Assembly (NCBI GenBank): GCA_002189035.1
Contig: NEEC01000279.1
Location: 1-21,586 of the forward strand
From: Utricularia gibba
Taxonomy: Eukaryota; Plantae; Magnoliophyta
Length of the DNA: 21,586 bases
Reading direction: 5' to 3'
Each line of letters opens with the position of its first letter. Position 1 is the stretch's first letter. Positions 8,801-21,586 of this stretch are shown piece by piece. The notes under the pieces are model-generated. The model did no database searches and was not told the origin of the DNA. It saw only the letters and a program-made list of their open reading frames with translations. The translations under genes were made by a program, and so were the position numbers.

Positions 8801-11800
8801 TAGCACACTGTTGGGAAGCCCTTTTCGAGCTCCAAGTATTATAATTTGGAGTTACGTTTGTCCGATAACTGTGGACATATTAAAAACAAGCCACAACGAA
8901 AAGTGTCTTAGGTGTCCTTTCTTGGTGGCTGCGTCTAAGAATGTGCTTCTCGTTCTCGACATTGATGCAAATGGGATACACGGCAAAAGAATCAAATAGC
9001 CACTAGAGACATGGTGTATGGGAATGGTGCATCAAGAATCAGAAGTATCATAGCAACTAATTGAATCAATCAACAGCCAAAACATATGGTGTCAAACTTC
9101 ATCGGATATGCGATCAAGATGGAAAAAAGTCACATGTTACATCATGAATTTCGTGGCATCACTTATCCCAACACTGTTGTATACTCAGGATATGCGTAAA
9201 TATTTATTTTTAACAAATCCGTGCACGTGTGATTTTTCGGATGCACCCCGAATGGTGATGCGCAATGAAATGACTACGTCGCACATCCTGGTCCGCGAAG
9301 CACCTCTTGCATAACATGCAGATCCTTGCTCTTCATAGCACACTGTTGGGAAGCCCTTTCGAGCTCCAAGTATTATAATTTGGAGTTACGTTTGTCCGAT
9401 AACTGTGGACATATTAAAAAAGGGCCACAACGAAAGGTGTCTCACGTGGCATTCCGTGGTGACTGCATTTAATAATGTGCTTCATGTTCTCGAAATTGAT
9501 GCGAACAACATACAAGGCAAAAGAATCAAATAGCCACTAGAGACATGGTATACGGGAATGGTGCATCAAGAATCAGAAGTATCATAGCAACTAAATGCAT
9601 CAACATATGGTGTCAGAATTCATCTACTATGCGATCAAGTTGGAAAAAAGTCACATGCTACATCATGAATTTCGTGGCATCACTTATCCCAACACTGTTA
9701 TACACTCTGGATATGCGTAAATATTTATTTTTAATGAATCCCGTGCACGTGTGATTTTTAGGATGCACCCCGAATGATGATGCGCAATGAAATGACTACG
9801 TCGCACATCCTGGTCCGCGAAGCACCTCTTGCATAACATGCAGATCCTTGCTCTTCATAGCACACTGTTGGGAAGCCCTTTTCGAGCTCCAAGTATTATA
9901 ATTTGGAGTTACGTTTGTCCGATAACTGTGGACATATTAAAAACAAGCCACAACGAAAAGTGTCTTAGGTGTCCTTTCTTGGTGGCTGCGTCTAAGAATG
10001 TGCTTCTCGTTCTCGACATTGATGCAAATGGGATACACGGCAAAAGAATCAAATAGCCACTAGAGACATGGTGTATGGGAATGGTGCATCAAGAATCAGA
10101 AGTATCATAGCAACTAATTGAATCAATCAACAGCCAAAACATATGGTGTCAAACTTCATCGGATATGCGATCAAGATGGAAAAAAGTCACATGTTACATC
10201 ATGAATTTCGTGGCATCACTTATCCCAACACTGTTGTATACTCAGGATATGCGTAAATATTTATTTTTAACAAATCCCGTGCACGTGTGATTTTTCGGCT
10301 GCACCCGAATGGTGATGCGCAATGAAATGACTACGTCGCACATCCTGGTCCGCGAAGCACCTCTTGCATAACATGCAGATCCTTGCTCTTCATAGCACAC
10401 TGTTGGGAAGCCCTTTTCGAGCTCCAAGTATTATAATTTGGAGTTACGTTTGTCCGATAACTGTGGACATATTAAAAACAAGCCACAACGAAAAGTGTCT
10501 TAGGTGTCCTTTCTTGGTGGCTGCGTCTAAGAATGTGCTTCATGTTCTCGACATTGATGCAAAATACACGGCAAAAGAATCAAATAGCCACTAGAGACAT
10601 GGTGTATGGGAATGGTGCATCAAGAATCAGAAGTATCATAGCAACTAATTGAATCAATCAACAGCCAAAACATATGGTGTCAAACTTCATCGGATATGCG
10701 ATCAAGATGGAAAAAAGTCACATGTTACATCATGAATTTCGTGGCATCACTTATCCCAACACTGTTATATCTGGATATGCGTAAATATTTATTTTTAACA
10801 AATCCCGTGCACGTGTGATTTTTAGGATGCACCCGAATGATGATGCGCAATGAAATGACTACGTCGCACATCCTGGTCCGCGAAGCACCTCTTGCATAAC
10901 ATGCAGATCCTTGCTCTTCATAGCACACTGTTGGGAAGCCCTTTTCGAGCTCCAAGTATTATAATTTGGAGTTACGTTTGTCCGATAACTGTGGACATAT
11001 TAAAAAAGCCACAACGAAAGGTGTCTCACGTGGCATTCCGTGTGACTGCATTTAATAATGTGCTTCATGTTCTCGAAATTGATGCGAACAACATACAAGG
11101 CAAAAGAATCAAATAGCCACTAGAGACATGGTATACGGGAATGGTGCATCAAGAATCAGAAGTATCATAGCAACTAAATGCATCAACATATGGTGTCAAA
11201 TTCATCTACTATGCGATCAAGTTGGAAAAAAGTCACATGCTACATCATGAATTTCGTGGCATCACTTATCCCAACACTGTTATACACTCTGGATATGCGT
11301 AAATATTTATTTTTAATGAATCCCGTGCACGTGTGATTTTTAGGATGCACCCCGAATGATGATGCGCAATGAAATGACTACGTCGCACATCCTGGTCCGC
11401 GAAGCACCTCTTGCATAACATGCAGATCCTTGCTCTTCATAGCACACTGTTGGGAAGCCCTTTTCGAGCTCCAAGTATTATAATTTGGAGTTACGTTTGT
11501 CCGATAACTGTGGACATATTAAAAAAAGCCACAACGAAAAGTGTCTTAGGTGTCCTTTCTTGGTGGCTGCGTCTAAGAATGTGCTTCTCGTTCTCGACAT
11601 TGATGCAAATGGGATACACGGCAAAAGAATCAAATAGCCACTAGAGACATGGTGTATGGGAATGGTGCATCAAGAATCAGAAGTATCATAGCAACTAATT
11701 GAATCAATCAACAGCCAAAACATATGGTGTCAAACTTCATCGGATATGCGATCAAGATGGAAAAAAGTCACATGTTACATCATGAATTTCGTGGCATCAC

Positions 11801-14800
11801 TTATCCCAACACTGTTATACACTCTGGATATGCGTAAATATTTATTTTTAATGAATCCGTGCACGTGTGATTTTTAGGATGCACCCCGAATGGTGATGCG
11901 CAATGAAATGACTACGTCGCACATCCTGGTCCGCGAAGCACCTCTTGCATAACATGCAGATCCTTGCTCTTCATAGCACACTGTTGGGAAGCCCTTTTCG
12001 AGCTCCAAGTATTATAATTTGGAGTTACGTTTGTCCGATAACTGTGGACATATTAAAAAAGGGCCACAACGAAAGGTGTCTCACGTGGCATTCCGTGGTG
12101 ACTGCATTTAATAATGTGCTTCATGTTCTCGAAATTGATGCGAACAACATACAAGGCAAAAGAATCAAATAGCCACTAGAGACATGGTATACGGGAATGG
12201 TGCATCAAGAATCAGAAGTATCATAGCAACTAAATGCATCAACATATGGTGTCAGAATTCATCTACTATGCGATCAAGTTGGAAAAAAGTCACATGCTAC
12301 ATCATGAATTTCGTGGCATCACTTATCCCAACACTGTTATACACTCTGGATATGCGTAAATATTTATTTTTAATGAATCCCGTGCACGTGTGATTTTTAG
12401 GATGCACCCCGAATGATGATGCGCAATGAAATGACTACGTCGCACATCCTGGTCCGCGAAGCACCTCTTGCATAACATGCAGATCCTTGCTCTTCATAGC
12501 ACACTGTTGGGAAGCCCTTTTCGAGCTCCAAGTATTATAATTTGGAGTTACGTTTGTCCGATAACTGTGGACATATTAAAAACAAGCCACAACGAAAAGT
12601 GTCTTAGGTGTCCTTTCTTGGTGGCTGCGTCTAAGAATGTGCTTCTCGTTCTCGACATTGATGCAAATGGGATACACGGCAAAAGAATCAAATAGCCACT
12701 AGAGACATGGTGTATGGGAATGGTGCATCAAGAATCAGAAGTATCATAGCAACTAATTGAATCAATCAACAGCCAAAACATATGGTGTCAAACTTCATCG
12801 GATATGCGATCAAGATGGAAAAAAGTCACATGTTACATCATGAATTTCGTGGCATCACTTATCCCAACACTGTTGTATACTCAGGATATGCGTAAATATT
12901 TATTTTTAACAAATCCGTGCACGTGTGATTTTTCGGCTGCATCCCGAATGGTGATGCGCAATGAAATGACTACGTCGCACATCCTGGTCCGCGAAACACC
13001 TCTTGCATAACATGCAGATCCTTGCTCTTCATAGCACACTGTTGGGAAGCCCTTTTCGAGCTCCAAGTATTATAATTTGGAGTTACGTTTGTCCGATAAC
13101 TGTGGACATATTAAAAAAGGGCCACAACGAAAGTGTCTCACGTGGCATTCCGTGGTGACTGCATTTAATAATGTGCTTCATGTTCTCGAAATTGATGCGA
13201 AAACATACAAGGCAAAAGAATCAAATAGCCACTAGAGACATGGTATACGGGAATGGTGCATCAAGAATCAGAAGTATCATAGCAACTAAATGCATCAACA
13301 TATGGTGTCAGAATTCATCTACTATGCGATCAAGTTGGAAAAAAGTCACATGCTACATCATGAATTTCGTGGCATCACTTATCCCAACACTGTTATACAC
13401 TCTGGATATGCGTAAATATTTATTTTTAATGAATCCCGTGCACGTGTGATTTTTAGGATGCACCCCGAATGATGATGCGCAATGAAATGACTACGTCGCA
13501 CATCCTGGTCCGCGAAGCACCTCTTGCATAACATGCAGATCCTTGCTCTTCATAGCACACTGTTGGGAAGCCCTTTTCGAGCTCCAAGTATTATAATTTG
13601 GAGTTACGTTTGTCCGATAACTGTGGACATATTAAAAACAAGCCACAACGAAAAGTGTCTTAGGTGTCCTTTCTTGGTGGCTGCGTCTAAGAATGTGCTT
13701 CTCGTTCTCGACATTGATGCAAATGGGATACACGGCAAAAGAATCAAATAGCCACTAGAGACATGGTGTATGGGAATGGTGCATCAAGAATCAGAAGTAT
13801 CATAGCAACTAATTGAATCAATCAACAGCCAAAACATATGGTGTCAAACTTCATCGGATATGCGATCAAGATGGAAAAAAGTCACATGTTACATCATGAA
13901 TTTCGTGGCATCACTTATCCCAACACTGTTGTATACTCAGGATATGCGTAAATATTTATTTTTAACAAATCCGGTGCACGTGTGATTTTTCGGCTGCATC
14001 CCGAATGGTGATGCGCAATGAAATGACTACGTCGCACATCCTGGTCCGCGAAGCACCTCTTGCATAACATGCAGATCCTTGCTCTTCATAGCACACTGTT
14101 GGGAAGCCCTTTTCGAGCTCCAAGTATTATAATTTGGAGTTACGTTTGTCCGATAACTGTGGACATATTAAAAAAGGGCCACAACGAAAGGTGTCTCACG
14201 TGGCATTCCGTGGTGACTGCATTTAATAATGTGCTTCATGTTCTCGAAATTGATGCGAACAACATACAAGGCAAAAGAATCAAATAGCCACTAGAGACAT
14301 GGTATACGGGAATGGTGCATCAAGAATCAGAAGTATCATAGCAACTAAATGCATCAACATATGGTGTCAGAATTCATCTACTATGCGATCAAGTTGGAAA
14401 AAAGTCACATGCTACATCATGAATTTCGTGGCATCACTTATCCCAACACTGTTATACACTCTGGATATGCGTAAATATTTATTTTTAATGAATCCCGTGC
14501 ACGTGTGATTTTTAGGATGCACCCCGAATGATGATGCGCAATGAAATGACTACGTCGCACATCCTGGTCCGCGAAGCACCTCTTGCATAACATGCAGATC
14601 CTTGCTCTTCATAGCACACTGTTGGGAAGCCCTTTTCGAGCTCCAAGTATTATAATTTGGAGTTACGTTTGTCCGATAACTGTGGACATATTAAAAACAA
14701 GCCACAACGAAAAGTGTCTTAGGTGTCCTTTCTTGGTGGCTGCGTCTAAGAATGTGCTTCTCGTTCTCGACATTGATGCAAATGGGATACACGGCAAAAG

Positions 14801-17800
14801 AATCAAATAGCCACTAGAGACATGGTGTATGGGAATGGTGCATCAAGAATCAGAAGTATCATAGCAACTAATTGAATCAATCAACAGCCAAAACATATGG
14901 TGTCAAACTTCATCGGATATGCGATCAAGATGGAAAAAAGTCACATGTTACATCATGAATTTCGTGGCATCACTTATCCCAACACTGTTGTATACTCAGG
15001 ATATGCGTAAATATTTATTTTTAACAATCCGGTGCACGTGTGATTTTTCGGCTGCATCCCGAATGGTGATGCGCAATGAAATGACTACGTCGCACATCCT
15101 GGTCCGCGAAACACCTCTTGCATAACATGCAGATCCTTGCTCTTCATAGCACACTGTTGGGAAGCCCTTTTCGAGCTCCAAGTATTATAATTTGGAGTTA
15201 CGTTTGTCCGATAACTGTGGACATATTAAAAAAGGGCCACAACGAAAGGTGTCTCACGTGGCATTCCGTGGTGACTGCATTTAATAATGTGCTTCATGTT
15301 CTCGAAATTGATGCGAACAACATACAAGGCAAAAGAATCAAATAGCCACTAGAGACATGGTATACGGGAATGGTGCATCAAGAATCAGAAGTATCATAGC
15401 AACTAAATGCATCAACATATGGTGTCAGAATTCATCTACTATGCGATCAAGTTGGAAAAAAGTCACATGCTACATCATGAATTTCGTGGCATCACTTATC
15501 CCAACACTGTTATACACTCTGGATATGCGTAAATATTTATTTTTAATGAATCCCGTGCACGTGTGATTTTTAGGATGCACCCCGAATGATGATGCGCAAT
15601 GAAATGACTACGTCGCACATCCTGGTCCGCGAAGCACCTCTTGCATAACATGCAGATCCTTGCTCTTCATAGCACACTGTTGGGAAGCCCTTTTCGAGCT
15701 CCAAGTATTATAATTTGGAGTTACGTTTGTCCGATAACTGTGGACATATTAAAAACAAGCCACAACGAAAAGTGTCTTAGGTGTCCTTTCTTGGTGGCTG
15801 CGTCTAAGAATGTGCTTCTCGTTCTCGACATTGATGCAAATGGGATACACGGCAAAAGAATCAAATAGCCACTAGAGACATGGTGTATGGGAATGGTGCA
15901 TCAAGAATCAGAAGTATCATAGCAACTAATTGAATCAATCAACAGCCAAAACATATGGTGTCAAACTTCATCGGATATGCGATCAAGATGGAAAAAAGTC
16001 ACATGTTACATCATGAATTTCGTGGCATCACTTATCCCAACACTGTTGTATACTCAGGATATGCGTAAATATTTATTTTTAACAATCCGGTGCACGTGTG
16101 ATTTTTAGGCTGCATCCCGAATGATGATGCGCAATGAAATGACTACGTCGCACATCCTGGTCCGCGAAACCTCTTGCATAACATGCAGATCCTTGCTCTT
16201 CATAGCACACTGTTGGGAAGCCCTTTTCGAGCTCCAAGTATTATAATTTGGAGTTACGTTTGTCCGATAACTGTGGACATATTAAAAAAAGGGCCACAAC
16301 GAAAGGTGTCTCACGTGGCATTCCGTGGTGACTGCATTTAATAATGTGCTTCATGTTCTCGAAATTGATGCGAACAACATACAAGGCAAAAGAATCAAAT
16401 AGCCACTAGAGACATGGTATACGGGAATGGTGCATCAAGAATCAGAAGTATCATAGCAACTAAATGCATCAACATATGGTGTCAGAATTCATCTACTATG
16501 CGATCAAGTTGGAAAAAAGTCACATGCTACATCATGAATTTCGTGGCATCACTTATCCCAACACTGTTATACACTCTGGATATGCGTAAATATTTATTTT
16601 TAATGAATCCCGTGCACGTGTGATTTTTAGGATGCACCCCGAATGATGATGCGCAATGAAATGACTACGTCGCACATCCTGGTCCGCGAAGCACCTCTTG
16701 CATAACATGCAGATCCTTGCTCTTCATAGCACACTGTTGGGAAGCCCTTTTCGAGCTCCAAGTATTATAATTTGGAGTTACGTTTGTCCGATAACTGTGG
16801 ACATATTAAAAACAAGCCACAACGAAAAGTGTCTTAGGTGTCCTTTCTTGGTGGCTGCGTCTAAGAATGTGCTTCTCGTTCTCGACATTGATGCAAATGG
16901 GATACACGGCAAAAGAATCAAATAGCCACTAGAGACATGGTGTATGGGAATGGTGCATCAAGAATCAGAAGTATCATAGCAACTAATTGAATCAATCAAC
17001 AGCCAAAACATATGGTGTCAAACTTCATCGGATATGCGATCAAGATGGAAAAAAGTCACATGTTACATCATGAATTTCGTGGCATCACTTATCCCAACAC
17101 TGTTATACACTCTGGATATGCGTAAATATTTATTTTTAATGAATCCCGTGCACGTGTGATTTTTAGGATGCACCCCGAATGATGATGCGCAATGAAATGA
17201 CTACGTCGCACATCCTGGTCCGCGAAGCACCTCTTGCATAACATGCAGATCCTTGCTCTTCATAGCACACTGTTGGGAAGCCCTTTTCGAGCTCCAAGTA
17301 TTATAATTTGGAGTTACGTTTGTCCGATAACTGTGGACATATTAAAAAAGGGCCACAACGAAAAGTGTCTTAGGTGTCCTTTCTTGGTGGCTGCGTCTAA
17401 TAATGTGCTTCTCGTTCTCGAATTGATGCAAACATACACGGCAAAAGAATCAAATAGCCACTAGAGACATGGTGTATGGGAATGGTGCATCAAGAATCAG
17501 AAGTATCATAGCAACTAATTGCAATCAAAAACATATGGTGTCAAATTCATCTATATGCGATCAAGATGGAAAAAAGTCACATGTACATCATGAATTTCGT
17601 GGCATCACTTATCCCAACACTGTTATACACTCTGGATATGCGTAAATATTTATTTTTAATGAATCCGTGCACGTGTGATTTTTAGGATGCACCCGAATGA
17701 TGCGCAATGAAATGACTACGTCGCACATCCTGGTCCGCGAAGCACCTCTTGCATAACATGCAGATCCTTGCTCTTCATAGCACACTGTTGGGAAGCCCTT

Positions 17801-20800
17801 TTCGAGCTCCAAGTATTATAATTTGGAGTTACGTTTGTCCGATAACTGTGGACATATTAAAAAAGGGCCACAACGAAAGTGTCTCACGTGCATTCCGTGG
17901 TGACTGCATTTAATAATGTGCTTCATGTTCTCGAAATTGATGCGAAAAATACAAGGCAAAAGAATCAAATAGCCACTAGAGACATGGTATACGGGAATGG
18001 TGCATCAAGAATCAGAAGTATCATAGCAACTAAATGCATCAACATATGGTGTCAGAATTCATCTACTATGCGATCAAGTTGGAAAAAAGTCACATGCTAC
18101 ATCATGAATTTCGTGGCATCACTTATCCCAACACTGTTATACACTCTGGATATGCGTAAATATTTATTTTTAATGAATCCCGTGCACGTGTGATTTTTAG
18201 GATGCACCCCGAATGATGATGCGCAATGAAATGACTACGTCGCACATCCTGGTCCGCGAAGCACCTCTTGCATAACATGCAGATCCTTGCTCTTCATAGC
18301 ACACTGTTGGGAAGCCCTTTTCGAGCTCCAAGTATTATAATTTGGAGTTACGTTTGTCCGATAACTGTGGACATATTAAAAACAAGCCACAACGAAAAGT
18401 GTCTTAGGTGTCCTTTCTTGGTGGCTGCGTCTAAGAATGTGCTTCTCGTTCTCGACATTGATGCAAATGGGATACACGGCAAAAGAATCAAATAGCCACT
18501 AGAGACATGGTGTATGGGAATGGTGCATCAAGAATCAGAAGTATCATAGCAACTAATTGAATCAATCAACAGCCAAAACATATGGTGTCAAACTTCATCG
18601 GATATGCGATCAAGATGGAAAAAAGTCACATGTTACATCATGAATTTCGTGGCATCACTTATCCCAACAATGTTATACACTCTGGATATGCGTAAATATT
18701 TATTTTTAATGAATCCCGTGCACGTGTGATTTTTAGGATGCACCCCGAATGATGATGCGCAATGAAATGACTACGTCGCACATCCTGGTCGCGAAGCACC
18801 TCTTGCATAACATGCAGATCCTTGCTCTTCATAGCACACTGTTGGGAAGCCCTTTTCGAGCTCCAAGTATTATAATTTGGAGTTACGTTTGTCCGATAAC
18901 TGTGGACATATTAAAAAAGGGCCACAACGAAAGGTGTCTCACGTGGCATTCCGTGGTGACTGCATTTAATAATGTGCTTCATGTTCTCGAAATTGATGCG
19001 AACAACATACAAGGCAAAAGAATCAAATAGCCACTAGAGACATGGTATACGGGAATGGTGCATCAAGAATCAGAAGTATCATAGCAACTAAATGCATCAA
19101 CATATGGTGTCAGAATTCATCTACTATGCGATCAAGTTGGAAAAAAGTCACATGCTACATCATGAATTTCGTGGCATCACTTATCCCAACACTGTTATAC
19201 ACTCTGGATATGCGTAAATATTTATTTTTAATGAATCCGTGCACGTGTGATTTTTAGGATGCACCCCGAATGATGATGCGCAATGAAATGACTACGTCGC
19301 ACATCCTGGTCCGCGAAGCACCTCTTGCATAACATGCAGATCCTTGCTCTTCATAGCACACTGTTGGGAAGCCCTTTTCGAGCTCCAAGTATTATAATTT
19401 GGAGTTACGTTTGTCCGATAACTGTGGACATATTAAAAAAAGCCACAACGAAAGTGTCTTAGGTGTCCTTTCTGGTGTGCGTTAAGAATGTGCTTCTCGT
19501 TCTCGACATTGATGCAAATGGATACACGGCAAAAGAATCAAATAGCCACTAGAGACATGGTGTATGGGAATGGTGCATCAAGAATCAGAAGTATCATAGC
19601 AACTAACAATCTATGGTGTCAAATTCATCTATGCGATCAAGTGGAAAAAAGTCACATGTTACATCATGAATTTCGTGGCATCACTTATCCCAACACTGTT
19701 ATACACTCTGGATATGCGTAAATATTTATTTTTAATGAATCCCGTGCACGTGTGATTTTTAGGATGCACCCCGAATGATGATGCGCAATGAAATGACTAC
19801 GTCGCACATCCTGGTCGCGAAGCACCTCTTAACATGCAGATCCTTGCTCTTCATAGCACACTGTTGGGAAGCCCTTTTCGAGCTCCAAGTATTATAATTT
19901 GGAGTTACGTTTGTCCGATAACTGTGGACATATTAAAAAAACCACAACGAAAAGTGTCTTAGGTGTCCTTTCTTGGTGGCTGCGTCTAAGAATGTGCTTC
20001 TCGTTCTCGACATTGATGCAAATGGGATACACGGCAAAAGAATCAAATAGCCACTAGAGACATGGTGTATGGGAATGGTGCATCAAGAATCAGAAGTATC
20101 ATAGCAACTAATTGAATCAATCAACAGCCAAAACATATGGTGTCAAACTTCATCGGATATGCGATCAAGATGGAAAAAAGTCACATGTTACATCATGAAT
20201 TTCGTGGCATCACTTATCCCAACACTGTTACACTCTGGATATGCGTAAATATTTATTTTTAATGAATCCGTGCACGTGTGATTTTTAGGATGCACCCCGA
20301 ATGATGATGCGCAATGAAATGACTACGTCGCACATCCTGGTCCGCGAAGCACCTCTTGCATAACATGCAGATCCTTGCTCTTCATAGCACACTGTTGGGA
20401 AGCCCTTTTCGAGCTCCAAGTATTATAATTTGGAGTTACGTTTGTCCGATAACTGTGGACATATTAAAAAAGGGCCACAACGAAAGGTGTCTCACGTGGC
20501 ATTCCGTGGTGACTGCATTTAATAATGTGCTTCATGTTCTCGAAATTGATGCGAACAACATACAAGGCAAAAGAATCAAATAGCCACTAGAGACATGGTA
20601 TACGGGAATGGTGCATCAAGAATCAGAAGTATCATAGCAACTAAATGCATCAACATATGGTGTCAGAATTCATCTACTATGCGATCAAGTTGGAAAAAAG
20701 TCACATGCTACATCATGAATTTCGTGGCATCACTTATCCCAACACTGTTATACACTCTGGATATGCGTAAATATTTATTTTTAATGAATCCCGTGCACGT

Positions 20801-21586
20801 GTGATTTTTAGGATGCACCCCGAATGATGATGCGCAATGAAATGACTACGTCGCACATCCTGGTCCGCGAAGCACCTCTTGCATAACATGCAGATCCTTG
20901 CTCTTCATAGCACACTGTTGGGAAGCCCTTTTCGAGCTCCAAGTATTATAATTTGGAGTTACGTTTGTCCGATAACTGTGGACATATTAAAAACAAGCCA
21001 CAACGAAAAGTGTCTTAGGTGTCCTTTCTTGGTGGCTGCGTCTAAGAATTGCTTCTCGTTCTCGACATTGATGCAAATGGGATACACGGCAAAAGAATCA
21101 AATAGCCACTAGAGACATGGTGTATGGGAATGGTGCATCAAGAATCAGAAGTATCATAGCAACTAATTGAATCAATCAACAGCCAAAACATATGGTGTCA
21201 AACTTCATCGGATATGCGATCAAGATGGAAAAAAGTCACATGTTACATCATGAATTTCGTGGCATCACTTATCCCACAATGTTATACACTCTGGATATGC
21301 GTAAATATTTATTTTTAATGAATCCGTGCACGTGTGATTTTTAGGATGCACCCCGAATGATGATGCGCAATGAAATGACTACGTCGCACATCCTGGTCGC
21401 GAAGCACCTCTTGCATAACATGCAGATCCTGCTCTTCATAGCACACTGTTGGAAGCCCTTTTCGAGCTCCAAGTATTATAATTGGAGTTACGTTTGTCCG
21501 ATAACTGTGGACATATTAAAAAAGGGCCACAACGAAAGGTGTCTCACGTGGCATTCCGTGGTGACTGCATTTAATAATGTGCTTCA

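Larger units (their letters stand above)
1..21586. repeat. Tandem satellite-like array of ~41 monomers of ~530 bp filling the entire window
   Basis: The anchor AAAGAATCAAATAGCCACTAGAGACATGGT recurs at 11, 546, 1069, 1599, 2122, 2658, 3181, 3710, 4232, 4768, 5296, 5816, 6349 ... 20037, 20570, 21092 (41 occurrences), always in the same orientation, with no unique sequence between copies. Both ends of the window lie inside the array. Confidence 0.99.

Noticed and set aside
571-21112. The repeated 60-120-aa ORFs of the supplied track (MVYGNG..., MHNMQIL..., MELEKGF...)
   Set aside because: They are short, have no recognisable domain, often depend on TTG starts, overlap on both strands, and appear or vanish with single-base indels. 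They are by-products of the repeat.
1-21586. CRISPR array
   Set aside because: Units are ~530 bp with no short constant repeat separated by unique spacers, and there are no cas genes.

Overview
The whole 21,586-bp window is one head-to-tail tandem array of about 41 monomers of ~530 bp (~41% GC by hand count of one monomer). I can support no protein-coding gene, RNA gene or CRISPR array; the ORF track is the same few short, domain-less peptides recurring once per monomer. Two diverged monomer types (X, 523 bp; Y, 536 bp) alternate as a ~1,059-bp higher-order repeat. The alternation breaks four times with an extra Y-like unit and never with XX. Each monomer divides into a 352/365-bp block that begins TGTTGGGA and ends TCCCAACA (LTR-like termini) and a 171-bp spacer. 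On the minus strand the spacer begins, 3 nt after the block end, with a degenerate match to the plant initiator-tRNA(Met) primer-binding site, followed by a stop-bounded frame with exact C2H2 zinc-finger spacing (CMLCKRCFADQDVRRSHFIAHH). A 166-bp core containing both is identical between X and Y while the flanks differ by roughly 8-24%. The best reading is a eukaryotic (possibly plant) satellite with dimeric higher-order structure, possibly derived from a TRIM/LTR-type element; that origin is a hypothesis, and no polypurine tract is visible. Many small deletions fall exactly on X/Y diagnostic sites, so part of the copy-to-copy variation is probably long-read consensus artefact.
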